64,000 nucleotides of DNA from Yuukianura sp. NJ FZ-2021. Taxonomy: Eukaryota. The DNA lies in contig CM102286.1 in assembly GCA_046563655.1 (NCBI GenBank), positions 8,866,001-8,930,000 on the forward strand. The letters run 5' to 3'. Below the pieces are notes generated by a model. The model was given only the letters and a program-made list of their open reading frames with translations. It did not search any database and was not told the DNA's origin. Every line of letters starts with the position of its first letter. The first letter of the stretch is position 1. The position numbers and the translations under genes are program-made. Shown here one piece after another: positions 13,380 to 28,343 of this stretch.

Positions 13380-16300
13380 AAATTCAAATTCCTATGAGGC
13401 TTATGCAAGACCACAAATGGAAAGAAATTGTAAAACCAAAATGAAATTTTAACGCTAACTTTAGATATTTAGGTTAACATTTGAGTCTGCACCTTCAGAA
13501 ACTTTTGGGCTCCTTTGATACGCTAAGAAAATTATTGATAATGGTTAATTAGTTAGATTTTACGGTAGCTAGTTACATATAATTTCAATCGAGGAATAAT
13601 TTTAAAACCTCGCAAACATTGGTGCTCTTTGGAGCATCGACTTAAGATTTGAGAATTAACTTTTAAAAATTATTGAAAATTGCACATGAAAAAAATTCAG
13701 AAAATTGCGCCGTGGCTTCTGCGCAATCCAAATCATCTTCAGAATGGGAAACAAAAGAAATTCACCCAAGTGACTTTAGAAGACATTATCATCATCCTTG
13801 TTCTACTGAATTCAGTTACTAAACTCCTTTAACCCTACGTATCTAATTAATCACATGCCATCCCTAGATTTAGAAACCAGACAGAAGTTTGTTCTTGTCT
13901 TTTGGCTTATATAGAACGACAAGAGAGAAAGTCCTTCCATTTTGAGCTTAATCCAGGAATAGCTCAATTCCAGAAAGAGTTACAGTTCCAGGTTGACACT
14001 TATGACATTAAAGCAATTGAGTCACGTCAGGATTAATACTGTACTTCCAGACAGTCTTCGAACTAATGGAATTTCATCTCCAGATTAATCTTACTTTCCC
14101 TAGGTTACCTTCCGAAGGATCCCTTCATCCTAGGGTTCATTCAGAGGTCAAGGCCCCATGATATGTCACAGTGTCACTCCTTCTACTCAATGCCATGCCA
14201 GGACAGTAGGGACTATTCCTTGGCTTGAAACTTTGCACTTGACATGCATTCCAGTTGTTAGTGGTGCAGTGCGTTGTCAGGGAGATCAGACCTAATGGAT
14301 TTAAAACCCATTGTTCAGGAAATTCGATTCTTATTCTATATAATATTACCGTTCTAAAACCTATTGTCAGGAAAGGCGCATGTTTTAAGGAAAGAGTTTG
14401 ATGTTAATAAGTACAAGGTCGTGACAGGTACGGAAGAAATGTCGCTTATCGATGCAATAAAGCATGCTTTCTCTTTTAGTTTCTCCTGATAACATTACTG
14501 GAGTATCGAGAAAGTTAGTACCCCAATTTCCTGTTCCTCGTCATAATGCCTTTAAATATATATAGTTTCGCATTCGTCACTAGAAGTAATTTGGTCGTGA
14601 GGTCCTTGGACATCGTACTGTTGTTATTTGGCATTTAGGCTTATCATCCTCTGAATCGGAAATCGAAAGACATTAGCAAACGAAGTATGGATAATGTGAT
14701 GTCGAAATGCAGTTTATCTAGGAAGACTCGTTTCTGTAAATTGGTGTCTATTACTAGAAGGACGACGGAGATTGTTTACATAATTTGATGGAGTTGCGAT
14801 GTGATAATTACGGCGAAAGTTGCTAAATATTTTCTCGTATGGTTATTATGTAAACTCATTTCAACTACAAATTATCGTCTACCACAAAGCAGGAATTGAG
14901 ATCTCAACCTATAGGTTATGATTTTCAAAGCTAGTTTTAAACAAAATCCAAATTTTTACTTCTTTGACATTTTCTTCCAAGAAAAACGACGCAAAAATCA
15001 TTTTCGCGTGTTTGGCGACTCTTTGGGAGAAATGAGAACACTGGCAATTTGTAAATGCAACAGTGTCGTTTTTCGAGTCACTGGAACAAACGACACGCCC
15101 TACCTTACTATAGCAGTACCTAACTTAAATTCCACACAACCACCCTCTCAAAAGTCGACAATCAACAAATGCTAATAAACACGCATTTCAGAGGTGGAAT
15201 ACCTTAACTACGCTGCAAAAGCTTTCCTTGCTCTGTATAAAATATTAAAATTTTCATCAACTCCGATTTCCACGTTCCATGAAAAAAAAGGCGTTCCACT
15301 GCAAATCTTTCTCTATGACGTTAGTGTGTGGAAGGTGAGGATGGATAAGCCTATACCTCGTTGGATCCATTAACTGTCCAATTTTTCTTACTTAGCTTCC
15401 TTAACTGTCTCCTGTTCCATTTGTGAGTGAAAGTTGTGAGATTTTTGAGATTGAGGAGTTTAACATGAAACATGGTGATAGAACATGGGATTGATTTCCC
15501 CAGGCAGAAACTTTTCCTTCCAAATACATTTTAGACCAAACACATTCCAGAAGATCAGTAAAGTTATAACGTAAGGGGGAAAGGCTTACGTTAGGCTACT
15601 GCCGAAACCTTAAGCCGTCTCTTTTAGTTTAGGTTTTCTAAAAAGGAATACGCTCCGTCGTCGTTCTGTTGAATGTTAGGCCATTTCTTGTACATTCAAG
15701 CGGAATGGGCCATATACTCAGTTTCCTTGAAGATGAAAAGGATCATGTATGGGAATTGGTGCATGTTTTTCCTTGTAAATTCATTTTTCATCTCTGTATA
15801 AGGTTTGGCTTCGTCAGAGAGCGGAGGAAGGGCTGGAATGATGATGATGTATGGTCAGAATCTCCGTTGGAAATCTAAAGGCGGGTGATTTGTCATTCTT
15901 ACAGAATCGCTTTGGCAAACGTTGGAAGGGTCGAGTGAAGCCTTTGCGGTTTTATGTGAAAAAGATATGAAGCATTAATTCTTACAATGTTAGAAGACGA
16001 CCGGACGTAGCAGGGTGAACCCACAACGAGAAAGTTTGGCTCATGAGGTGGATTGAGGTGAAAGTTTGACTGCAGAGTGCCGCAATGAGAACGAAACTGA
16101 AAATGGACGTTGAAATGAATTCAATTGGAAGAAATGCCGAAAGTCAGATTCGAGTCATATCGCGCGGAAGTGTGATGTGGGTGGAGATCGATATAAAGAT
16201 TAGATGTACGACTAAGGAGCGTTTGGCGCATAATTTGAAAATGAGTCTTTGAAAACCTGGACCATTTTCAGGCCTTTGCGTTTCCCTTGTGGCGGTTACT

Positions 16301-18639
16301 TGCCGGTGAAAGTTGGGAGAAGAAAAGTCCTTATTTTCCATTTTCTTCTTACTTTTCTTTCTCAACGTCTCTTTGTTTATTTTCTAAATTCAAGCGGTTA
16401 ACCTACTTTCTTCCACCAAAATGGAATTCAGGAATGTACAGTATGAAGGAAATTTTTTTGAAACTTATTTTTTAGGTTCAAACATGTATGCTATCGTATC
16501 TTTCTTTGTTAATATTTGACTTGTTTCCAGAGGAGCCCATATCCACTTGGGAAATTTGGACGAACAATATTTCATTGTTAGGTTATGTAAAACTTTGAGA
16601 GTGGGTCAATTACGACGACTTTTGTACAGGCCCTTTGTCTCTTTTGTTCTGTTAGCTTCGGTTTTAAGGGTCTAAACCAATTGAAAACCCAAGAGCGTCT
16701 AATTCAGAACGAAAGTTTTGTTCGTCTTGTCAGCAAACCGCTGCCTCATGAGATTTCAATAAAACAGTGGATCAGTGGTAGGCAAATGGTGCAGAATAAT
16801 TTAAAATGTGCCTCACTCCATTTTAAAACTTAGTACTAAAAATTCGCATAAAATTGAAATCATTTTGTCCCTCAAGTTCAACTTTCAAAACTCATCCAGG
16901 ACAAGCTCCAATGTCATTTTGTAGATCTTACAGTCGATTTGTTTAGAAAAAGTTGAAAAGATGTCCTGAGCAATGGTCTTAAATCTTTTGTCTGAAGCGA
17001 AACTTAATTAAAGGTATTGTCATAGTTTAGTAATTAAAAATAAAATACGTCACGAATTTCCTTTGTTTGTTAGTTAAGTAAAACAAAGTCCTGGAACCTT
17101 TCCTGGACAAAATAACCTGGTACGAGAAGCAACTAAAGTAATTTCCAGTTTATTCTTTGGAACAAACGTATTTAAAAAAGTTTTAGGTAAAAATGTATAC
17201 ATTTAGAATAAAACAGCATGAATTCACCAAAAAATTAAGCTCACTTATGGAAATGAAAATCCCTATGAAAAAACAAAAATTACCTCACTTTTAATAGCTG
17301 TAACAAGCACGACACTCTTGTGTATCCTTCTTAACGCCTATAACACTTTGAACTAAATTTAGTCAGTGTTATAATGTCAGTGAGTTTGAATCGTTACACC
17401 TTTAAGTATAATAGACATTAAATTATGATTCCTAATGTAATTGGTTTAATTTAAATCATCCTCTGTGGAAATAAACATCAATATGGCTAATCTAGTTCGC
17501 CAAAAACCACACGTTTGCATCTGCGCGTTCTGAACATCTATACGGTTGCCAAATATTAATTGGACTACTTTTTGGCGCTGGTTCTGAATTGAAAAAGTTA
17601 TGACATCGGTCGTTAGGCTTCTGTCCAACGGAAAAACGTAAATTATATAAGATTTTAATTAAAATGGAGCTTCCAGATTCGGCAAGTAAAAATACGCAAT
17701 GCAATACGGAACTCTGTAACATTTCCTAAATTCAAAAATCTGACTCGCAGAACCTGCCAAAATTGGCTACACGAATGATAAATGTTGTTTGTTGGCTGTT
17801 CCGTTCAGAAAATCCGTTCTGTTCTTCCATTCTAGAAACGATGAGCAGTGCAAAAAAAAAATCAATCCCAAGGATACCAAACTCTCCTTAGTGCAAGTCC
17901 CCGCAAATATTGGGTCAGAGCTGCCTCTGGAAGTTACGATTAGTTCCTTCCATTTGCTAATTAAGTGAGGCATGAGACTCTGGGAAGACGTTGTGGCACA
18001 TTGACCTTAAGTGGGTCCACGAGATTTATTGATCCTGGCCAATCCCAGTAACTTTTTAGGTTAGTATGGCTAGTGTTAGGGTTAGGAGGAAAGGCGGAAT
18101 AGGTTGGGTTGAACGGTGAAAGCCTGAGAAAGGTTGTTCCTGAAAAGTGCAAAGGTAACACAGCGTGCGAACCTTTTAGACGTCTTATTCTTACACAATT
18201 TCCAAGGTACGCCATAACACCTCCATTTCAAATGAGAACCCATTTCAGAACGAGTCGGATTTCGAAAAACGGTTCCCAGAATTATCCGGAGGGAGCAGAA
18301 ACCCATTTTGTTCAAAAAGCTTCCAGAAAATTGAACTAAAAAGAGGTCTTTCGGGTCATGACTTTTGGTGCTTTTTGTTTATTTGCCCAAAATTAATACG
18401 ACAATTGCAAAAATTCAAAGACTTTCAGCTACTAAAGTTATACTTCTAAACTGTGCTTTACAAACACTGGAGACTTTTGTGTGATGTGGATTTGAAGACT
18501 CGAATTTTCGTCGTTAGTATTACTAAAAGACTTGGAATCTGATGTCCATGATCACAAAATAATAAATTATTACGTTTTGGTTCTTTGATTTAACAATGAA
18601 TCCTCAGGAAAAGTGCAGAATGAGCAACAAGCCTACAAG

Positions 18640-21600
18640 CTACGACGGTCGAGTAGCAAACTCATGTAAAATATCTCTCGCCATGTCAATATCATTTCTA
18701 CTTATACCCAATGCTCGAATCACAAGATCCTGCGAGAATCCTTCACTCGTGAGACGAGTAATGTAATCCATATTTAAATTTTCATATGGTGTGATTTCAT
18801 TATCTGAATATAATTGGAAGTTCTCATCAGATGACACCGCTCCACTTGGTTCTCTGGTGACTTCTGGCTTATTGCTTCTGCCAGGGCCAGTATTTTCGTA
18901 GTTCGAGGAAGCAGATGCTTCCAACTTGCCGTCACCAGATTTGTTGTTGCACGGTATGATATTCGTCGGTGTCCTACTTACGATAACGCGTGTAGAGAAG
19001 CTCGAGGACGGGACTTTTTCTTTGACACCCAACTGTGGATGAAGTGAATGCCTGGAAACGGGTTGAAGGAGCAGAGCTTGATTTTTTGTACTTGACGCAG
19101 GACCCTGGCCGCTGCCGCTCTTGGACGCATTGCTGGCGGGCAACAGGAGTTGCTGACTAGAATTTGGAGAGACTGTGGCCGAAGGAGGACATGATATTGG
19201 TAGGCAGTGAGCTCCACTGTTATTGTAAGAGGGAGCATTGTTGAGTGAGGGACATGACTGATGTCGAATTTGACTTTGATGAATTTGTGACACGACAGAC
19301 TTATTTGCTGAAGACATCATTCGGAATGGACCCGAAACATTCCTCTCAGGTAATACAACTTTTCTGGATTGAGATCTTGGCTGATGTGGATTTTGTGCGA
19401 CGGGAGTTATGCCGCGGGGAACGCGAGCAGGAACATCGTAGCCATTTTCAACTGATGAATTCATAACGAAATATTTATTAAATTGCATGTCAAACGACTC
19501 GTATCTAGTATGTTTTTTGTTGTAGTGGATTTAGACTTCCCATAGTAACTTACTATGCTCAGTCGAATCTCTAGATTGTCGAGGACGCTCCTCGATTCCT
19601 TCGGTGCTATTACCTCGGTGACCTCCATTCAGAGCTTGTGAGCAGGAAGTTATTGTGCACGCAGGTCTTGGAGCCACGGCTGGAGGTTCGGATGGCATAC
19701 TAGAAAAAGAGAGTACGTGTCACAGAAATGAAAAATATTAATATTGAGGAGAATCATATTTTTGTGAAGTTCACCTTGGGAAGGAAACGTCAGAAGAAGT
19801 ACTAGAAGGAGAGCCACGCGAAGGGGAACCTTTCCTTGGTGGCAGTGGAGGCGGGATTGCGTCTCCTCCAGGAGGACCAGCGCTTGAAGATGAGCCACTT
19901 TCTGTATGTGCAAGCATCGGAGATGCGGGTCTAGAGGACCGTGTTGTACCGTCCTCTGGTTGGATTAAAGTATTGGATACTTGTGGCACTGGATTACTCT
20001 GCCGCGTGCTCCTACGATGCTCTTCAGAAAGAAGCATTTCACAGTCTTTTCGTGATATCCGTGGAGAAGTTCTTGGAGTTGTCCCTGGTGTACCCTAAAC
20101 AAAAGACACAAAGACAACAAACATCATGAAGTAGAAACTAAATGGAAAGCAAAGAGGTTTTGACCTCGGCCTAGAAACATTAACAGACTAAAAAATTTCA
20201 AGATAGAAAGTAAACTCAGGGGCATTAAATTAATTAAATAGGCTGAAATCCCCGGAGTATACTGTTGACAACATGAAAATCCTCCGAGCTTACCCTAAAT
20301 TCCGGAGTTTCGGATCTTGGTGAAAGTGCCAAGGCTTGAAGAGAATTATTCGTCACGTTCCAATTCCCACCGTCCTACATAATTTTGGGTACAAATAACG
20401 GCCATGTTAATTATAAATTTGAGTTCCATAAATAGAATAAAATCAAGGCAAAGCGCACTTAGATGCTTACAAATTTGAATTATTCCCAGCATTCAAATTG
20501 ACTCAAGACTCAAGATTATATAACAGAAGACGAACATTTAAAGAAAGTTAATCTGAAGCAAACGATAGGATCTTCGGATCTTTAAGCATATACCTATTCC
20601 TTACATCCTCAAAGCACAAGGTGTAAAGTATCAATTTAAACAAAACTAGCTCTACGAGTACTACTTTCCACTTGGAAAAATGTTAAATCCTCACGCCCTG
20701 ACTATATTAGCGAACTCAGCGATTCATAAATTGCACTTAAAAATAAACTAAACGAGATCGGGTGCTTGCCGTATTAAGGGCTCCAGGTTGTGCACGAGGA
20801 ATGATTAAATAAATGATTTGCAAAAAGCTTAGAGTTGAGTCGTTCGCCACGCTTCGTCGAGACTGGAGCCAAATTGCCCGTACTTAAACTTAAGTAACCT
20901 ACCTACCAATTCAAGCCGAGCCATGCAATAAGCTTAATTATTTTTCCCACTGAGTAAATAATTGTAATAATAAGAAACTTTCTTTACTTGGTATAACTAT
21001 AAGGGAGAAACATTTACGTAATCGCAAAGCAGTTCATTGAGACCAAATTTCACTTTAGCTATAACATATCGTAAAGAAGGATTTACTGATTCAAATCATG
21101 ATTCAAAACTGTTTCGTATTAAGGGGGACTGGGAGTAATGCATTCGACTATTTGGAACAAGGAACGTCCTTTTGGTTTCTGAATCTTCAGATTAAGGTAC
21201 TAAAGAGACTGATTAAACGGAAACGCTACTACTGAATCAGGCACAACGTCAAGCGACTGTAAATGGGAAAGGAATTTTGATATACTCCGAATTCTCCATT
21301 CGACAAATACGACGTCAATTTTAGCTGCCCGAATTGCATGCAACAGCACTTGCACTATAAAGCCTTGCAAAAATTCGAATGTCCTCGGATGCAGGATGCA
21401 GTAGCAGCAAAGGCAAACAAACACAGGTTTAAGACAAAGTTAACATATCTACGTGGTATAACTATACGGCACACATCAAAAGGACGGAATAATGGACGAA
21501 CGTTGATGTTGATCTACCTCATCATCCTCATCCAATTCAACGAGGTTTCCAGTGGATCCGGCTTTGTGCTGCCGTCTAGGATCAAATGGATCTACAACTA

Positions 21601-23572
21601 TTGACTCCGTTCCTTTGATCTCAGCTCTGCAGAATGGACATCCCTGTCCCTCTGACTCCTAAAACCAAACGAAAAAGCTTTTAGGAAAAGTATTCGGTAT
21701 TCCACCAACTAAGAGAGGTAATTATCCAGAAATGTACCTGCCATGATGTTAAACACGGTGTACAAAGCAGATGGCCGCAAGGCTCAATTCGAATATCCTT
21801 GTCATTTTCAGCGCAAATTTTACATAATTGGAAGGTTGATCCCATTTCGCAGTAAAGTTCATACTGTTCCTGGGTCACAGTGACGTGATCTTCGGGAGCA
21901 GATTGTACGGCAGATGATAGATCGGGATTTACATTCCTCCCGTCCGGAAACAAATAACTGTGAAATCAAGAAATGAAAGATAACATTAATCAAAGCTTTC
22001 TGTATTAATGCATGTCCTCGCTGTTGCTCTCGTTCAGCGTACAAATATTTCGCGAAAGCGATTCGATTACTCAATTAAGACTCATGAATTAAATGCAAAC
22101 TAACTGAGAAAATATAAAATTAAATTGTACATGGAAAAACTGTGCACTTACAACCCTTCTCGGTAACCATCTAGCAGTGCTTGGCACAATGACTTGTTCT
22201 GAGGAATTGTTTGTAAAATGTTCCCATCACTTGTGACGTAACCAATAGCCCACTGCCCTAATCGAGTGCAGCTCAGACGAAAGACGTAGCTGTTAGATAA
22301 CAGAAAGAATCGACAAATATTCGACAAATATATTACTTTTAGTGAAAGTGAAACTGTGAAGATTTTACGCTGTAAAAGATTACCTTCCTGGTTTGTTGAT
22401 GTATTTTTGCAGTCTTGCTTTGACTTCATCGTACGTGAGAAAGGCAACATATCCTGGATGCGTGACTGCAAGTATTTGCCAGTTTCGCAATAACGAAGAC
22501 CAAGGCTGGAACAATCTGGAACGGAAAGACAATTTTTGCTCATTCCAACTGCGGTCTTAACATTAATTAAGTAGGCATGTAGTATTCACTCTCATGGGAA
22601 ATTGATATCGTACCTCGTAAAAACATCAAATTCAAAATTGGAAATGTAATCATTGCAGGTAAGGTCAATTGTTGACTTCAGAGCCATCGCTTCCAGTCCA
22701 GTACTAATTGAGTGAATAGCACTTAGAGTTTGACGAAAACATTTCCACGAAACCGTGGTTCTGAAAAGTAAGCATACAACACATTATTAATAATTCCAAG
22801 AATATCACTAAAAGTGTCAAAGGAAGAATCAGTGACCCTAATAAGAATCATTAAAACGACAATTTCATTGGAATTGCCAAGCAGAAACACTAACAAAAGA
22901 ATAGTACCTGTTCCCAAACGAATTTCTCCAAAACTCTGCCGCGTCAGACTTTGTAATTCGAAATTGATCCCCGTTGAAAATTCCACTGGGAAAAAGAGCC
23001 TGCGAATATTGCGAAGAATTCGATTAACGCTTTTTGTTAGCGGGGTATGGTTTCGATCGCTACGTAATAACAAATACTTCTTATACCTTAAGTTCACTAA
23101 GCATATGACTGAATACTAGACTGAGCTTTGTTAGGTTTCTTCTATAATGTGACGTTTCATCGAACATCTTGTCTTTTCCTTCTTTGAAGAGCTTGATGGC
23201 TTGCTTGCACTTATTCATTTGGTTTTCTATGAATAACCGAAAGTATTCATTGTTGTTGAGTGAAACCAATTTGTCTTCATACTTGGAGTATATAATCCGA
23301 AGATGTTGATAAGTGTCTGGTAAAATGTCCAAGATGAACGGTGGCGAATTTTTCAAATTCATCTTCGGGTGTTGACACAGTTTCACTACTTTGTCCATCA
23401 ACTTCCAAGATTTTTCTAACGTTCTCTTGTCGATTGTTAACTTAGGAGGCGACATCGCCTCGGCGAAGGCCCCATGCAGCTTCGAAAATAGCGACGTGAT
23501 GTTGTTTTGAGACATTGGGAGTTTCCCTTGAGGACGACCACTGGCAGATCCGGACATTATTCTCCCTTTCAT
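18640..23572 (-). CDS. Cbl: E3 ubiquitin-protein ligase Cbl, long isoform (TKB: 4H-EF-SH2, RING, Pro-rich, UBA)
   Basis: Ten phase-compatible GT-AG exons: 23572-23087, 22999-22908, 22760-22614, 22515-22384, 22289-22152, 21957-21738, 21658-21518, 20094-19775, 19699-19554, 19451-18640. Hallmark motifs: [78 protein letters not shown]...GCPFCR, PPPLPPR and a C-terminal UBA ([26 protein letters not shown]). Confidence 0.97.
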
Positions 23573-25381
23573 TTCCTTCGTACCATATCACGCTGTTCAA
23601 TAAGAACCGAAATAATTGGATAAGGAAAGTTAAATTACTCGGCCATCGATGCGCTTTAACACCGAAAGGTTCCAATGGGTATTGCAGTACTAATTCCAGG
23701 TTGTATGGACAAGTGTAGTTTACTGAAACACATAAGCCAATGTTAGAAAACTCATTAGGATATTATATTTAAGCTAACCATGGACCAACTGTGTACTACG
23801 GAGACAGGCGTGAGAGAATCTACTGCAATCAATGTAGATTGAGAGCGTCGCGTTTCATTCAAACAGAAAACGGAACAACTCAAAAACTGGGTTAACGGGT
23901 TAAAGACTTTCTGGCCCAATCAACTGCACCATTTTTGCTTTGAGAATACGCCTTTCAAAATTCGGAGAAGGTCGCAAATTCAATGACTCCCAAACACCTC
24001 CCCCAAGGCATAATTAATAGCCTTAGGAATAAGCTTTAAGGAAAATTAGTCTTACAAAATGACGATCAATGACCATAGCGACCTTCGCCAATAATTGTGG
24101 TTGATCCTCATGCTTGGCAGTTGCCACTTCCGCTACGTCATTCATCGTTCATGTTCGACGGAAATGACTTTTGGTTTAACTCAGAGATTTAATCCAAAGC
24201 CTCCCATATTAGGAATTAGGATGAAAATGCTAAGATAACGCTACGCCGCGCTAGTTTAGTTTGACTCCCAGATAACGCTACTCTTTTAATAATTCCTAAT
24301 AATTCAGTGTGAATATTTCAATCTGATTTGTTTCAGCTGAGACGCGCTGAACTTAATAAGCGTTCCGGGTGTGGACGGCGTGGGCGGAATCTTTGCGGCC
24401 CGACCCGACCACCCGAGACCCGACGGTGTACCAAACACAAAAGCCATTCTGGTGTTTGGTACACCTCTTGAGAAATAATTCTAGAAATGCTAACGTTAGA
24501 CGCATATGGCTACCGACTGTACAAATGTTGGCGTAACTCACGTAAAATGGAGTCAATGCGGATCTTACTCCGAAGAAACTTCGAGTAATACGAACAACTC
24601 CGTGTCGTCAACACTATCTTGAACGTCTCGAAACGATAACTTTTTCTTCAGATTTTGATCCTCTAACCTTCATTTCATCTTCATCTTACTCCAACTTCAA
24701 AGCTGGAACAATTCAGAATAAAATTCACAGTTAGTTCCCAAATTCAATTATCCCATCCAAAACTCTTTCAAATACAATACAAAGATCACTATTACATAAT
24801 TACCGTCACCGTCAGCCATGTACCGTACCAGCACTCAAAGACCAGAGACACTGATTGGTTGGAATAATTACTGCGTGATTCATTTACATTCACTCGATCC
24901 TAAAACCAGTCTTGGAAATTGACTTTTCAAAGGAGAACAATCGGTGTCGGTAGTGACCCGATTGTCCTGTCTAAGTTAAGTAGACCCGCCCTCCCGCCTG
25001 ACTCAATTTGTCTTGACTGAAATAAGTAAATGGCTGAATAGACTAAAAATACTAAAGCTCAACTCTACATAAAACAATATTTGCACCATCACATTTGTAA
25101 TTTTGCAATTTAACATAAGAAATTACATTAATTTTCTTACTGTGTGGTGTTTACCGGAACGGCTGACCGGGACTCGTGGTATAGTTCTTCTGTATGATGA
25201 TTAAAGTAAATCAATGAAATACCTTTCCAACAAAATTACAGTTACACCCTATTGGCTAGGGACATGGACATGGACATGGACCGGACAAGAGACCTGTGAG
25301 TTTTGTGAATGAATATCAGTGTATCGCTAATTCATTCCTAAATACTAATATTAAACAGGTTATTTTCATTCAGTACCAATA

Positions 25382-25904
25382 CCGTAAATCTTCAAATAAT
25401 GCCCCTCCCGCAAATAACACCCCATGTCCCTATTATTGCCCCTCTCCCGGGCACTACAAAATCCTACAATTTTGTGTTCTGAATTGCCATTTGTTTTGTA
25501 TTTTACCCAGTTTCTAGTAAGTTACTCTTCTGTGCGACACAAAATTGATGAAAATACCGGTGGAATTTGAGCAGTTCGAGATGTAATATGGCGGTTTACG
25601 TTAAATTTTGAGAGTTCAACAGAGTGAAAACGGATTAAAATTGCCGCAATTGAACGTTCTAATTCTAACAAATTCACAGAAATATTTAATTTGTAGTGAA
25701 AACACAGGAATTAGGCTCGAATAAATTACAAATACAAATAAACCAGCGATTTTGTGTTGGTAAATGACGACGATCCGGAGCATATCCGGCCAAAACGACA
25801 TTTCACCCCTGACTCTAATAGTGCCCCATGTCCCTATTAGTACCCCTCCCCTAAGGGTCGTCGAAAGAAATAGTGCCCCGGTGGCATTATTTGAAGATTT
25901 ACGG
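25382..25904. mobile_element. pogo/Tigger-type MITE
   Basis: TIR ccgtaaatcttcaaataatgcc / ggcattatttgaagatttacgg; TA on the left flank, CA (possibly mutated TA) on the right. Confidence 0.7.
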
Positions 25905-25984
25905 CACCTATAATAACTGTACAACTTCGTTCGTAGGTTACGAAGGCAGAGGCACACCTGTGCAGGAGCCAAAATAACGATCCA

Positions 25985-27190
25985 CGCTGGATCGCGGAAG
26001 CGACCCAGCGAACCAGGCTCGGATCGGATCGCGGTGTTTGAATGGTTCGAGTCGACTCGGATCGCGGACTTCATTGTATGGCTCGGCTCGCATCGCGGAT
26101 CGAGCCAAAAAGTTTTTGGGCCGGCTCGCCGAGCCAACAAAAGCCAGGCATTGGATCGCTCCTTGAGCGATCCAATTAACTTTCGGCAGTGCGAGGGGCG
26201 ATAGGTTTGTAATTACATCAAATTCTGAATTTTTACAGCATACCCTTTGATAGGGTATGCCTAACCAAATTCACATAAACCGCCAACTAAATACTCTCGG
26301 TAGATACGAAAGTATAACAGCAGCGGTGGTTACATTCCGTGGGTACACTGGATACAAGAGTTTAACACTGTCATTCTGTTATTGCGCAACGAATTGCCTA
26401 ATTACTAATTAAACAGTTAAATTCACATAATTCAAATAATATTTGCAATGAAAATGTGTCGAAAAAGAAGTTTTGCTCTTTGCTCAGAGAAGGCGGGAAA
26501 ACAGTGGGTCGCTTCTTTGCAATTATGGCTATGGGTAACAACATATGATATCCATCGATCTCATGTTGACGTGAAGAGTCTTTGCTGTTCTTTATTCGAG
26601 CACACCAGTATATCGCGTATGATTACAAATTGGATTAATAAATTAATTTACATTAGACACATGTAATGTTAACAATACAATGTTAGTTAGGTTAATACGC
26701 TATTAATTACTCTATTGATTATTGTTTGTATTTTGGTAAAAATTTATAGTAATAAATAACTAATACTTTGTATGTATAATTAATTGTCTATTTATGTTAT
26801 GTATCTCTCGAGTTGTCGTTTTGTAATGTTTTATCGATTGTAAACTGGGACTATAACACAATAGGGCTCCTCTCATGCCTTTTAGTCATTGGATCGCCGA
26901 ACCAACAGTGGAGGTTAGCGAGCCAGCGATCCTAGCAGCTGTTTTTTTTTTGGCTAATTCGGCTCGCTAACAAAATTTGCTTGCTCGGATCGTGGATCGC
27001 TGACTTTCCTTCTTAGCTTGGCTCGCTTCGGATCGCGAAAAGATTTTCTGGCTCGGCTCGGATCGCTGACTTTCCTATTTGGCTGGGCTCGGTTCGGATC
27101 GCGACAAAAATTTACTGACTCGGGTGGGATCGCGGATCGCTAAAGTTTCTATTCACTCGGCGCGCTTGGCTCGGCGATCCAAGCTATGCA
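25985..27190. mobile_element. Degenerate non-autonomous DNA transposon (hAT-like subterminal repeats)
   Basis: Dense ggatcgc/ggctcgg motifs at both ends (25985-26175 and 26890-27185) around an AT-rich core; clean TIR and TSD not resolved. Confidence 0.45.
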
Positions 27191-27564
27191 CAGTTGAGGG
27201 CCGAGGGGTTGTGACATCAAAACTTGTTTACCCATCCAGCTATAGTGTTCAAAGAAGAGGCAAAAGATATGATGATCGTTACATGATCTTGAATGGATTC
27301 TCGAAATACCATAGCAAAACAAGTGGCAGTGTGTGCCGTTCAGGTCAATTTATGCTTCGGTAAGTTCATAATGCAACAGTGTAATTAACAACTCAGGCTC
27401 ATATGTATTATAATCAGAGATCAAATAAGTACCTACGTAAAAACTTTTTTTTAGCACTTTTAGCACTTTGCGGACTTTTAAAAACTTAAAAAAGTTTTAA
27501 AAACTTTTTCGACCGTTAAAACTTTGGTAGGACTTTTTTCCTGAAACATGTCAAAATATGTCAA

Positions 27565-28010
27565 TTTTAGTCTTCTGGAGACGCATGTCTACGACATGCT
27601 GAAGAAGACTATTGATACGACTTTGTCTGTCCGTCCGTCACACTTTTTAGAATTTTTTGCACTGAAACATAAGCCCCATTTTGTTCGGGGTGTTCTGTAT
27701 GCCTTAAGTGTTTTCATTAAGTGCACATTGCACTCAAAGTGTTATATTAACACCGTAGAAATGGGCGGCCACTTTACGCACCCGCAGTAAAGTCGTTTCC
27801 CGAAATTTTTTTGGTTTCGATTATACTCAAAAATTATTAAAACAACGAAGTTTTGACCGGGTCATTTTCTGACAGCATGTTTATTTACGTTGTTAATTTG
27901 GCACTGGTGAGAGGGCTCTGAATCCAGTTTAATTTCGTAACAGGTAAGCAGCGAATAGGAGGGTTCAAATTTGCATTCACAAGAAATTTTTATGATTTTG
28001 ATTTTAAGGT
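27565..28010 (+). mobile_element. Partial DINE-1/HINE-like element, 5' half
   Basis: Begins ttttagtcttctggagacgcatgtctacgacatgctgaagaagactattgatacgac followed by a gtcc/gtct microsatellite; body collinear with the copies at 47-50 kb. Confidence 0.8.
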
Positions 28011-28063
28011 GTGCGAATACCCTGGAAACGGGGGGTCAAAATGCGGCTGTAACTTATCAAATG

Positions 28064-28343
28064 AAAAATGGTCTGGATCAGCGTAGGAAGGTCGTACAAT
28101 GACCAGCAATATATCAAACTTTAGGAAAAGACTTGATCTAGTACACTGCCGGAGCAAATTACAAAATTTTAGTTCTATCTATGTAAATATGGAGCTGGAA
28201 TGTTTCACATGTCAATTTGTTTCACAGTTAGAACTAAAATTGTGTAATTTTTCTCCGGCAGGGTACTAGATCAAGGTATTTCCTAAAGTTTGATACATTG
28301 TGGGTCACTGCACGACATTTCTACGCTGAGCCAGACCATTTTT
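28064..28343. repeat. Imperfect inverted repeat (~115-bp arms) of a dispersed repeat also present at ~42415-42600
   Basis: aaaaatggtctggatcagcgtagg...aaattttagttcta mirrored by tagaactaaaattgtg...ctacgctgagccagaccattttt. Confidence 0.7.

Noticed and set aside
25616..26140. 174-aa minus-strand ORF
   Set aside because: It spans two unrelated non-autonomous transposons and has no domain signature.
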